Positions 16,867 to 25,495 of a stretch of 55,098 nucleotides of DNA are shown in pieces. Source of the stretch: a virus (taxonomy: Duplodnaviria; Caudoviricetes). The DNA is taken from positions 1 to 55,098 of the IMG/VR virus record IMGVR_UViG_3300013119_000328; one strand, written 5' to 3'. Each line of letters opens with the position of its first letter. Position 1 is the stretch's first letter. The position numbers were made by a program, and so were the translations under genes. Below the pieces are notes generated by a model that made no database searches, was not told where the DNA came from, and was given only the letters and a program-made list of their open reading frames with translations.

Positions 16867-17061
16867 GGCTTCAAGCCCCGCCACCTCACATATTTTGCCT
16901 ACTGGAATACCAGCTCGTTGCCCCTGTTTGATGATGTTGTCTAACCACCTTGAACCAGTGGGGATCCAATCTGACACCGTTGATGGGTCATTCTCGTCCA
17001 TACGGTAGGCAACTTGGGCTCGCTTGTTCAGCATCTTTTTAAGGTCATCGATGTTGGACAT
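16825..17061 (-). CDS. recA: RecA/UvsX N-terminal part ending in a 13-aa N-intein
   Basis: WIPTGSRWLD...GIPVGKICEVAGLEA|CVSDDTLIEVEVD*; RBS TAAGGAG. Confidence 0.9.
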   Translation of the reverse strand: MSNIDDLKKMLNKRAQVAYRMDENDPSTVSDWIPTGSRWLDNIIKQGQRAGIPVGKICEVAGLEACVSDDTLIEVEVD

Positions 17062-17108
17062 GTTTATCTCCTTATTGTTTTATTTCTTGTTGCCCGCTAA
17101 TGAGGTTA

Positions 17109-17252
17109 TCAAACGGGCTTTCGTTTGGTCTTGCGACAGCATGAGCAGTGGGAACTGATGCCCTCGCAAGATCGGCAACTAACTGCTCCGCAATTTCCAC
17201 AGCGATAAATGACCTCTCGTGCCTTGCATGATGCGCATTTTCCGTATGCCAT
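17109..17252 (-). CDS. 47-aa cysteine-rich zinc-finger microprotein
   Basis: Not in ORF track. RBS AAAGGAG; MAYGKCASCKAREVIYRCGNCGAVSCRSCEGISSHCSCCRKTKRKPV has four CxxC. Confidence 0.75.
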   Translation of the reverse strand: MAYGKCASCKAREVIYRCGNCGAVSCRSCEGISSHCSCCRKTKRKPV

Positions 17253-17273
17253 AATTCTTCTCCTTTTGTCTTG

Positions 17274-17762
17274 TTATTTGTTAGTTTCTTTATCGTTAAC
17301 ATAGCGACACTTGAGGATGGCGATGCCTTGTCCCCTCAGCGGCTTGCGGGAATACACACCAATCGTGCCCATCTTGTGGAGAGGTTTGTTGGTGCCGTCA
17401 TTTTTGCAGATGCCCAAATCGTAGAAGATGCGGTTCTTCATGATTTCACAACTCAGACCCCGCGTCTCTTCGTTGCCTTCGCGGGTAATCTTGTCGACAC
17501 CGCACCCCTCAGCACCCACACCCTGCAAGTCGAAGAGGTATGGACCGTCGTTGAGGACGGTGTGGTGCCACTTTTTCGGAACATCTTCCCCTTCCGATTG
17601 GGAGAGCACCCACTCAATACGGCGTCTCTTCTTCGAAGGACCAGCATCAACGGTTAGGGGTACCCCAGCGTCAATACCAGCGTCAATACCAGCGTCAAGT
17701 GCGATTGGTGCTTTCGAAGTGCAACCCGTCAGAAGCGCAAGCGCTAGACCCAACTTCTTCAT
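17274..17762 (-). CDS. Putative lipoprotein
   Basis: MKKLGLALALLTG|C lipobox followed by a DAG-repeat linker. Confidence 0.75.
   Translation of the reverse strand: MKKLGLALALLTGCTSKAPIALDAGIDAGIDAGVPLTVDAGPSKKRRRIEWVLSQSEGEDVPKKWHHTVLNDGPYLFDLQGVGAEGCGVDKITREGNEETRGLSCEIMKNRIFYDLGICKNDGTNKPLHKMGTIGVYSRKPLRGQGIAILKCRYVNDKETNK
17665..17698. repeat. 12-bp tandem repeat (~2.8 copies) encoding DAGI
   Basis: ccagcgtcaata x2 plus ccagcgtcaa. Confidence 0.9.
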
Positions 17763-17786
17763 GTCTCTTTTCCTCTTGTCTGTTGA

Positions 17787-17824
17787 TGCCCGAAGGCAGG
17801 CAGTTTAGCCACATGCCGAGGTGG
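17787..17824 (-). other. Candidate structured RNA downstream of ssb (pseudoknot plus UUCG hairpin)
   Basis: CCAC-CUC-GGCA-U-GUGG-CUAAAC-UGCC, then UGCC-UUCG-GGCA. Confidence 0.4.
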
Positions 17825-17832
17825 TGAAGGAC

Positions 17833-18597
17833 CTATGCGAGCAGGTCGTCAAAGGCGGACTCGATGTCCGTGACCTTCGTGGTCGCTTCGGCACTTGCGC
17901 CTCCGCCTCCGTAGCGAGTGGTGCCGTCAGAAGTGTCTGCGTCGGCTCCGCCACTCAAAGTCTCATCGAGAAGTCTCTGGGCTTGCTCGGTGGTTGTGGG
18001 TGGGAACTGCTCCTCGAAGTTGGGAATGTTCGCGAGGAAGTTCTCAATCTGCTCGGGAGTGCCGAGTGGCGACGACTTGCGGGCAGGGCGAAGTTCCGTA
18101 GTGGGATACATCTGCCCCGCCTTCTTGCCGTAATCCAGTCGAAGGTCAGTACCCGCCTCTGGGTCTGCGATGTCGCCGTAGTCAGGATCGAGGACGATCT
18201 TGAGTAGTGCCTCGTAGGTGGTCTTCGAAAAGCCCCACAAGCGAACACCCTTCTCCTCCTCGCCACGGACGACGACGGGAGCAAATACCCGCATCTTCGG
18301 GAAGAAGTTTCGCGCCATCGCACGGCTCTCCTCGGTGTCCTCGTTCCACAACTTGTTGCCGAAGTCGCCGATGGGATCCTTGAGCCCAAAGGTTCGTGGA
18401 CTGATCAAAGTGGTCTTCTGATCCGCCCCAAGGCGATAGTGGAACTGATAGTCACGGAAGGGGTCTCCGTCTGTTGGTGCTACGATGCGGATCGTTTGGG
18501 ATCCCTCTTGGGGCTTCCAGAAGCCATCTGCTCCGCCACCCTTGGTGGTGAGTTTGTTGTATTTCGCTCGCATTGCGTCTAGGTTAATACCTGCCAT
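17833..18597 (-). CDS. Single-stranded DNA-binding protein, gp32-like
   Basis: FWKPQEGSQTIRIV, GVRLWGFSK, DYGDIADPEAGTDL, acidic tail ending FDDLLA. Confidence 0.85.
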   Translation of the reverse strand: MAGINLDAMRAKYNKLTTKGGGADGFWKPQEGSQTIRIVAPTDGDPFRDYQFHYRLGADQKTTLISPRTFGLKDPIGDFGNKLWNEDTEESRAMARNFFPKMRVFAPVVVRGEEEKGVRLWGFSKTTYEALLKIVLDPDYGDIADPEAGTDLRLDYGKKAGQMYPTTELRPARKSSPLGTPEQIENFLANIPNFEEQFPPTTTEQAQRLLDETLSGGADADTSDGTTRYGGGGASAEATTKVTDIESAFDDLLA

Positions 18598-18661
18598 TTT
18601 CTCTTCCTTTTCTCGGGGTTCATCCCCATTTTGCCGTTATGGCGTGTTATTGTGTATCCTT

Positions 18662-18715
18662 ATGATACGCTAAAAATCTCACTTTGTAAAGGGCTTTATT
18701 TCTTTTTTGTTGCCG
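18662..18715 (-). promoter_or_regulatory. ssb promoter with GGCAACAAAAAA box
   Basis: TTTACA-N17-TATCAT. Confidence 0.65.
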
Positions 18716-18833
18716 ACAAACCAACTCCTCTCTGCCCTTTGGTCGGCTCTCCATCTACAAGTAGTATCTCATGGGACGAGGGTTTCGTCAAGGTTTAATT
18801 TGAGGTATTTTGAGAAAAAAACGGAAGCAGTTG

Positions 18834-19292
18834 TTATTCTTCGGTTTCTTCTTCGGGAAGGGACTCATCGCTGACTTCGAGGATCTTTTCAAGCGCAAGC
18901 TCAACTCGCTTCAACTCGCCACCGAAGGTGAGAAGGGCGCAATTCCTGTGATCTTCCCAATTGAGCTTGAGGTCTCTTCCTGACTTTCCGTTATGCTCAA
19001 GTTCGAGGGCTTTGTTTAGTCCGTTGATCGTGTAGATCGTGCTCGTTTCTTTCTTGCGGTGGACCCGGATGGTGAAATGGACGCTGGCTGGGGTGTCCTT
19101 GGGCGATAAAGCGACAGTGTTGAAGGTGATGACCTTGCGGGTCACATCTTGGGTGTCGTTGAACACAAATATGAACTTGTTGGTTAGTTCGTGTTTCTCA
19201 AGGATATGCTGAACCACTTCGTCTGTTGTCGTACCATCTGCGTCTCTAATTATCGTTGCGAGCAATACACCCCTCTTTCTGTTTTTGGCCAA
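18834..19292 (-). CDS. Conserved-looking large-phage hypothetical protein
   Basis: HRKKETSTIYTINGLN motif; clean ORF. Confidence 0.7.
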   Translation of the reverse strand: MAKNRKRGVLLATIIRDADGTTTDEVVQHILEKHELTNKFIFVFNDTQDVTRKVITFNTVALSPKDTPASVHFTIRVHRKKETSTIYTINGLNKALELEHNGKSGRDLKLNWEDHRNCALLTFGGELKRVELALEKILEVSDESLPEEETEE

Positions 19293-19349
19293 TTCATCAA
19301 CCCTCCGTCCGTTCGTCTTTCCTATTTAGTCGGTGAGAGATGCTTTTCA

Positions 19350-20165
19350 TCAGCGGTTCTGTGAAAAGTCCGTATAGATGCGGACAAAGGATTGATTTTC
19401 TGAACCCTCTATTTGATAAACTGCGTAGGCACACCTTGTTCCATCGTCGACCTCTTCCTTTACCTTTGACTTGATCTTCCCCAAAAGACTCGTGTCTTTC
19501 ATTTCTGCCTCTGGGATCCCATAGTAGAGTTTCTTGTCTTTTGTGCCCGATAGTGGATAAAAGGAGGTTTCGGTGTTGTCCGGGAGGAGGTGACCAAAGG
19601 TGGCTATGCGGACGCCTTCGGGCTTGATGTGCTCTGCTTGCTTTATGGGGCTGATGTGCTCATAGAAATTCGTCATCGTGAAAACAGAGAGGATGGCCTT
19701 TGTGATTCCAGCGTCAACCTCGTCAAGTGCTATGTCGCCAAGAGTGGCTTCGACTGCGGGGCGAGAAACAAGGTAGAGGTGCTCCAATATGCCAGAGAGG
19801 GCTAATCCCTGCAAGGCGCGGAAAAGCAACCCTTCATTCTCTTTGTTTGGAAGGGGTAGCATGTCCAACTCTGGCTCAACATAGAGCACGCTGACTTTTG
19901 CTTTGCAGAGGATTTCCAAAAGAGCAAGAGTTGCTCCCGTGATAGGGCCACCACCCTCGATAACCAAGAGGACTTCTGACTTCTTTGTTATACCCTTAAT
20001 TTTGCGCTTGATTGAAGCTGTGGGGAAATTCTCCTCGTAGGACTCCATCGTAGAGTGGTCGCCAAGCGTCTCCTCGTCAAAAAAGTAGGTCTTGTACTCT
20101 GGTAGCCCGCCGAACCCGTCTATGAGGGGCTTTGTGGCGCTCCCTAATCCAACTATCTTATCCAA
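19350..20165 (-). CDS. Divergent tubulin/FtsZ-like protein
   Basis: N-terminal IVGLGS and VLLVIEGGGPITGA echo the GLGQAG and GGGTGSG motifs, but are degenerate. Confidence 0.5.
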   Translation of the reverse strand: MDKIVGLGSATKPLIDGFGGLPEYKTYFFDEETLGDHSTMESYEENFPTASIKRKIKGITKKSEVLLVIEGGGPITGATLALLEILCKAKVSVLYVEPELDMLPLPNKENEGLLFRALQGLALSGILEHLYLVSRPAVEATLGDIALDEVDAGITKAILSVFTMTNFYEHISPIKQAEHIKPEGVRIATFGHLLPDNTETSFYPLSGTKDKKLYYGIPEAEMKDTSLLGKIKSKVKEEVDDGTRCAYAVYQIEGSENQSFVRIYTDFSQNR

Positions 20166-21366
20166 ATTGCTTTGCCTTCCTCATATCGCCGAAGTTCTTG
20201 CCGATCTCTGTGTTTACCCTGAACTTGCCGAACCTTGTGTTTCCAAATTCCGCAGCAAGTGTAGTAAGTAGTTCCTTGTCCTCTATGTCTAAGTCGATCA
20301 CTACCGAATCGTGGATGATGAATGCTATTTTTGATTTGTGCCCGATAAGCAGTTTTCGTAGTTTGGTCGCTTGTTCGAGGGTCATGTCGGCTGTGGTTGA
20401 CTGGATGAGGTAGTTGAGGGCGAGATGGTCGCTCGCTGGGATGTCTCGGGAGTAGGGAGTGGAGACGCTGTGCCCGTCGTAGTATTTGCGGGTTAGTTTG
20501 GCTTTGTTGTAGCGCTTGCGGAGGATTGATTTGTACTCGTTGAGGGCAGGTGAGTGACTTCCGTAGAGCCAGGCGAAAAAAGTGCGTTTGGCTTCGTCTC
20601 TCGTGATGTCGCTGAAGGTGTGCTTGGCGTTGTAGTCATGTACATCTTCCCCTGGTTGGTCTTCGCCTAATAGAGAAAGGAGGACACGGATTTCGGCGGC
20701 GTTGAAGTCGAACTCAACAAAGAGGTCGTTGGTTGGTTTGACGATTGTCCTGTCTTCCTTTCTCAGGGTGAGTATCGGGAAGGTTTTGGGCTTTGTGGTG
20801 AGGCGACCTGTGATGGTGCCGAATTGGTTGTAGACGACGCTCCTTGATGAGTTTCTCACCTTCCTAATGGTAGATAATGTCTGTGGGTCGGTGGCTGTGA
20901 GGGACGATGTGTCTATGTTGAGAGTATCATCCTTTATTTCTGCTAATAACTTGCGGACCTCGAACAGATTTCGGTAGTTTGGAGGTTTCTTGTGGTTCTC
21001 GATCACATAGTTGGTGATCTCGTTCTTTAAGGCGTTGTAGCGACGAAGAAACCACGGAGGCAGGATGTCGTAAAGACAATTGCTCTTGATGTCTATCTTG
21101 CTGATTTTTAGTGAACGGACAAAAGCAAGGCGCTGGTGGCGCAGCGCCTCCCACTCCTCTTGGAGAAAGTCGGGACACACCTCGTCAAGGGTTTTACCTT
21201 GGGCGTAAAGATCGGCATAGTCAACCCCCCTGTATCCGTCAAGATAGGACGAATAGGACCATGAACGAGTGAGGTCCTCGGGAAAGTCGTCTAGATCGAA
21301 CACAAGGTCGCCGTCGTAGTAGATGCCTACGCACTCGCCTTTGTCGTCTAGGGTCTGGAATAGCAA
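20158..21366 (-). CDS. polA: Family A DNA polymerase, short (polymerase domain only)
   Basis: TITGRL; motif A FDFNAAEIR; motif B RDEAKRTFFAWLYG; LNYLIQSTTAD; motif C IHDS. Confidence 0.85.
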   Translation of the reverse strand: MLFQTLDDKGECVGIYYDGDLVFDLDDFPEDLTRSWSYSSYLDGYRGVDYADLYAQGKTLDEVCPDFLQEEWEALRHQRLAFVRSLKISKIDIKSNCLYDILPPWFLRRYNALKNEITNYVIENHKKPPNYRNLFEVRKLLAEIKDDTLNIDTSSLTATDPQTLSTIRKVRNSSRSVVYNQFGTITGRLTTKPKTFPILTLRKEDRTIVKPTNDLFVEFDFNAAEIRVLLSLLGEDQPGEDVHDYNAKHTFSDITRDEAKRTFFAWLYGSHSPALNEYKSILRKRYNKAKLTRKYYDGHSVSTPYSRDIPASDHLALNYLIQSTTADMTLEQATKLRKLLIGHKSKIAFIIHDSVVIDLDIEDKELLTTLAAEFGNTRFGKFRVNTEIGKNFGDMRKAKQFG

Positions 21367-21397
21367 TAAAGGGTGCCTCGGTTATTTCTACCCTACG

Positions 21398-21426
21398 AGA
21401 ATACCACAGGATCGGCTTGGCGTCAA
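21398..21426 (-). promoter_or_regulatory. Sigma70-type promoter at the start of the replication block
   Basis: TTGACG-N17-TATTCT with TG extension. Confidence 0.65.
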
Positions 21427-21430
21427 GGGG

Positions 21431-22594
21431 TTATTTTGGGGGACCGATGTACTCTTGTTGGAGATAGTCAAGGGCGGTCTCGTAGTCTGTGGCCAAATAG
21501 GTGTCTAAAATATCACGGAGGGCTGATGAGTGATGTTGGGCGGGGCGGACCTCTCCTCGCTCCAAGAGGCGTAGGTGGTAATAATTCATCAAAGACCATT
21601 TCGGACCATAATTACCAGAAGAGACCTCCGTCCCGAACTCATCGGCGAAGGTAGTCGGTAGTCGCTCATAGGAAACGGGAACTGTGTCGCCTTGGCAATT
21701 CTGTTTGCTCCCGAAAACATATGGATTCGCCTCCTGGAACGCCTGATACATCCCATAGAGATAATGTTTTAGTGAGTTCATATCGAGATGATGAGCGTAG
21801 TCATAAAACACCCCATCATACAGGACATACTCCGGACTATCATAGGTAGCGATATGTTTCCTCATGGCGTCTGAATTTAGGTTCGCCACCAATCTCCAAG
21901 GGGCGTTCTTGTCTATATAAAAGCCCTCTTGGGCGGCGAAGGCGGCGAACACCTCGAAAGTCTCATCGTCGATGTAGGTGTCTGACTTCCCATAGTCCTC
22001 CGAGTGTCCCTCTGGGGGGGCGATCTCTATGACAAGACCCGAAGTGCCGATGGGGGCTAGGTTTGACTCGATGAACCCACAGCGGGTTATTGGAGACTCG
22101 GAAGCAATATGACGGAACAAGGTTGAAGCGACCCCCATAAAACCATTGAACGAATCTGCCTTCCTTTTTCTTCTGCCCGAAAGATACATCTCGGACATGG
22201 GGATATAAAGGTTCTCCTTGATGTGTTTGTCATATATCGCCCCAAGTGAGATATATCCAGTGTGGGCTCTGATTTTGTAAAAAGGGGAACTCGTGGCAAC
22301 TTGCCCCTTATTCTTCAACTCTATCATTCGCTCGACAAGAGAAGACCATGCGTCGGCGACGAAGTTTAGTGCAAAGAGGGTCTGGTCGTCGCTGGCGTAA
22401 CGCAATTGTTTGAGTTTCTCTGATCTCACAACGAGGGGCTTGCCGTATTCTGACACTTTCCCGTAGTTTGGGTATTCCGTCCACAAGTCAATCAAATTAC
22501 CGATGTCCGTGTTGGCGTATGCTCGCTCCTTGTATGCCTTGCGCTGATGGAACAATTCCGCTGTCGGATTGTCATTCGCTCCGTAAAAAGCCAC
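21431..22594 (-). CDS. Hypothetical protein, probably baseplate-associated
   Basis: 387-aa ORF at the end of the tail operon. Confidence 0.6.
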   Translation of the reverse strand: MAFYGANDNPTAELFHQRKAYKERAYANTDIGNLIDLWTEYPNYGKVSEYGKPLVVRSEKLKQLRYASDDQTLFALNFVADAWSSLVERMIELKNKGQVATSSPFYKIRAHTGYISLGAIYDKHIKENLYIPMSEMYLSGRRKRKADSFNGFMGVASTLFRHIASESPITRCGFIESNLAPIGTSGLVIEIAPPEGHSEDYGKSDTYIDDETFEVFAAFAAQEGFYIDKNAPWRLVANLNSDAMRKHIATYDSPEYVLYDGVFYDYAHHLDMNSLKHYLYGMYQAFQEANPYVFGSKQNCQGDTVPVSYERLPTTFADEFGTEVSSGNYGPKWSLMNYYHLRLLERGEVRPAQHHSSALRDILDTYLATDYETALDYLQQEYIGPPK

Positions 22595-22597
22595 TCT

Positions 22598-25129
22598 CTA
22601 TGCCCCCCTCTTCGCTGATGGTTTGGATTCCCATATGCACTTCAAGTCGGTAGTGAATCCGCTGGGCGAGATGGTGTTGCTCACGGAGGTTACACGATAA
22701 TAACCACCCAACTTGAGGGCGTCTGCCTTCTCCCTCGTCAAGGCAAGGTCGGCGTTGATATAGATGTATTGCCCAGGACGGAACAAGCTATTCCCAACTA
22801 ATTGAAGTTGACAATCTTGTGGCAGGGCTAATGGTCCCATCGGGTCGCCACCCGAGGCGGCAGCAGCTACATTCTGCGAGTGAAGGTGCTGATTCTCCTG
22901 CTGTGAGAAACTGAAACTCAACACCAGTCCCCTATCGGCTCCGAGATAAAGATGATGGGTGCCGTTGGCTATATCCTCCTCTGGCGTCCTTATCTTGGTT
23001 TTTGTTTTCTTTCCCGAATATAGAACGAGGTATTCTGAGATTTGCGAAGAGTTGGTTGCTTCGTCCCATTGGCGGTCCGAAGAGGTTTGGAGGAGTTTGC
23101 TAGATTTCCCCAGCGTGGTGCCCGATTTCACATCCTCCTCTAACGCAAATAGGGTTGTCTCGAACACCGAAGGACCATCGAAGGAACACTGATTAAACGC
23201 TGGCTCCAAAAGGTTGCGGAAGAGGGATTTGATAAAGTGGCGTAAAGGGAAAGTCTTTCTCTGTGGTTTGACGACTTTCTCCAAGAACCACACCTGAAGC
23301 TGGTTCAAGCTGATTGGGATATCTGCCATGCTTACCCTCGTGCCATCCTGGAATGGAACTTCAACATTTCCAAGAACGAGTTTCTGCTTTTCGCTAATTG
23401 TTGCTCCCGACAACACCACATCTAAAAGGTCACCAAAGAGGATATAGTTGATTCGGACTGTCCCACTATCTGGTGCTGAATTGATGGGGTTGAGACTTTC
23501 GGACATCGCCTTCTTGCTCGCTTCGTCTCTCTTGTCTTTGTCTTCGGCGCTCACAACAGACCCGATTGGCCCACTCTCTCCTTTGAGCCAGTTTGTCATC
23601 GCAGGATTGATTGACTGCCTCTTTGCCTTGGAGGCATTCATTCTTCGTCCGGCGACCATCTCCTTCGCACTGAGGATGCCCACTTCATCATCTTCGCCCT
23701 TCGTCTCTCCGATGACGAGTGAGCGATATGCCTCATTAGTCACTGGGAGAGTGTATATCTTCTTTGAGTTGAGAATCGCTGTGAGTATACCAGACTGCTT
23801 CTTCTTGGCATCAGTCTTCCTGATCTTGCCCAGTACAATGTTATAGTTCTTTATTGCCGTTCCCACAGATTTTAGTGAGGTCTTCTGGTCGTTGCCAGCG
23901 CTCGTATTTGCGACCAAGGTATAAAGCAGTTGCTCTTTCTTGAATATCTTGAGGTCCTCGGAGATGCGATGCTCATATATTGGGTAGTGAGAGGTAGGGT
24001 GATTTATGAGGAGAGTCTCGCTATCCCTCAAAACCCCAGGCTCCCTCTTGGTGTTACCAGGTGTATTGCCCCACTTCACCATCTCCCCAAGAGCGGTGTT
24101 TGGTCCTCCATAATCGTCTACGCTCTTACTTGGGAGGTCAGAATAACGGAGCTTTGTTGACTTTGTCCGACTTATACTCTTCGAGGCACCAGCCGCCGGG
24201 AAGACATCGCTGTCTGGACCAGAAAAGGCCGACTCTATGCTGGCAGCGTATAGGATCTTTAGAATTACTTGCCCCTCTTGCCCAAAGGTGATCTCATGTT
24301 TTGTCATCTCCAACATCAGCGTAACCCGTGTATTCTTCACTGCTTGGTAGAACTTACGATCCTTGACCGAGAGTGCTTCGCCAGGAGGCAAGGAAGGTGT
24401 AGCCCAGCCAATGACCGCACGAAGTCTCGTCGCTGACCCTGACTTTGATTGCTTGTTTTTCCGTCTCTTTTGGTTCGAAAGGCTATTAGAATTGTTCTTC
24501 TTTGCAGCCCTGAGGTCGGCTATCTGCTTCTTCAACTCTTTTATTCTCTCTGCTGCTTTTCCTGTCGGATTAGGTGGCGTGGATGTCCCCATTGGCGGAA
24601 CCAAAAGTTCAATATAGGGACCATTCACCAAGTCGGCTATTGCTGCGAAGTGGATAGTAGTCTCTGCTGTGAAACTCATAGCACCAGGATTCTCATTGTC
24701 AAAGGAGAAATTGAAGTCGGTTATGCCAGCACCCGCCCCAACAACTCGATCCTGAAACATCTCGCTCGCAGAGGAGGGGGCTGAACCATTTATTGAGGGC
24801 ACAACACTATATTCACTGAAGTAGATGGGGTGATCGGCGTCGTCACCCGTCTCACGGAACAAGCGAATCTGTGGTACCAGATAGCCCAACTGGGCGGCGG
24901 TGGCAGTCATCATCTCCTCGGCTCCGTTTGATTTTGCTATGAGCCCAATCAATTCATCCGAACGGACTTCATTTGTCGTGAGAATCAAATTCTCTCTGTC
25001 GACCGGGGCTCGCTCTTTGCCTTTGAATTTCGTAATGAGATCCATGTTGGCGATCAAGTAGCACTGTTCGTTAGTTCTGGCTTGATCGGCGGCTTTGGCG
25101 GGATCAGTTATTATTGTGTTTTCCGACAC
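22598..25129 (-). CDS. Baseplate hub-like protein
   Basis: C-terminal LVGNSLFRPGQYIYI...GGYYRVTSVSNTISPSGFTT, typical of gp27/gpD-like hubs; follows TMP and LysM genes. Confidence 0.6.
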   Translation of the reverse strand: MSENTIITDPAKAADQARTNEQCYLIANMDLITKFKGKERAPVDRENLILTTNEVRSDELIGLIAKSNGAEEMMTATAAQLGYLVPQIRLFRETGDDADHPIYFSEYSVVPSINGSAPSSASEMFQDRVVGAGAGITDFNFSFDNENPGAMSFTAETTIHFAAIADLVNGPYIELLVPPMGTSTPPNPTGKAAERIKELKKQIADLRAAKKNNSNSLSNQKRRKNKQSKSGSATRLRAVIGWATPSLPPGEALSVKDRKFYQAVKNTRVTLMLEMTKHEITFGQEGQVILKILYAASIESAFSGPDSDVFPAAGASKSISRTKSTKLRYSDLPSKSVDDYGGPNTALGEMVKWGNTPGNTKREPGVLRDSETLLINHPTSHYPIYEHRISEDLKIFKKEQLLYTLVANTSAGNDQKTSLKSVGTAIKNYNIVLGKIRKTDAKKKQSGILTAILNSKKIYTLPVTNEAYRSLVIGETKGEDDEVGILSAKEMVAGRRMNASKAKRQSINPAMTNWLKGESGPIGSVVSAEDKDKRDEASKKAMSESLNPINSAPDSGTVRINYILFGDLLDVVLSGATISEKQKLVLGNVEVPFQDGTRVSMADIPISLNQLQVWFLEKVVKPQRKTFPLRHFIKSLFRNLLEPAFNQCSFDGPSVFETTLFALEEDVKSGTTLGKSSKLLQTSSDRQWDEATNSSQISEYLVLYSGKKTKTKIRTPEEDIANGTHHLYLGADRGLVLSFSFSQQENQHLHSQNVAAAASGGDPMGPLALPQDCQLQLVGNSLFRPGQYIYINADLALTREKADALKLGGYYRVTSVSNTISPSGFTTDLKCIWESKPSAKRGA

Positions 25130-25138
25130 GGCTCTTCC

Positions 25139-25483
25139 CTAATAGACTCGATAATATGATAGGAGTTCCTCAATTGGAGACGGGATCAACACCTTGTCTC
25201 CAAACGAATAGTGACTATCAGTAGGTTTCTGATTGAACCAAGCGATGACCCACCACAAGGACGGGTCTCCGTAATGTTCTGCGGCCAGCTTATAAAGTCG
25301 AGAGCCTCGTTTCCAAGTACTAACACTGGTCTCTATCTTGCTTATCTCTTTTGGGGTTGGGTATCGCATTTTTGCAGTACCATACTGACTTATGTGATTC
25401 ACGCCCTTCTCTTGGAAGAACTCCTTCTTATAGCCCTCGTCATCATTTATCATAACTGGGCGGATGTCTAATCGTGATGGCAT
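25139..25483 (-). CDS. Baseplate wedge LysM-like protein (gp53/tail X-like)
   Basis: LYKLAAEHYGDPSLWWVIAWFN...GDKVLIP. Confidence 0.75.
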   Translation of the reverse strand: MPSRLDIRPVMINDDEGYKKEFFQEKGVNHISQYGTAKMRYPTPKEISKIETSVSTWKRGSRLYKLAAEHYGDPSLWWVIAWFNQKPTDSHYSFGDKVLIPSPIEELLSYYRVY

Positions 25484-25495
25484 CTGACTTGCTCC

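Noticed and set aside
17072-17302. Track ORF MLTIKKL... (76 aa)
   Set aside because: No RBS; the overlapping frame has a strong RBS and a coherent Cys-rich peptide (17109-17252).
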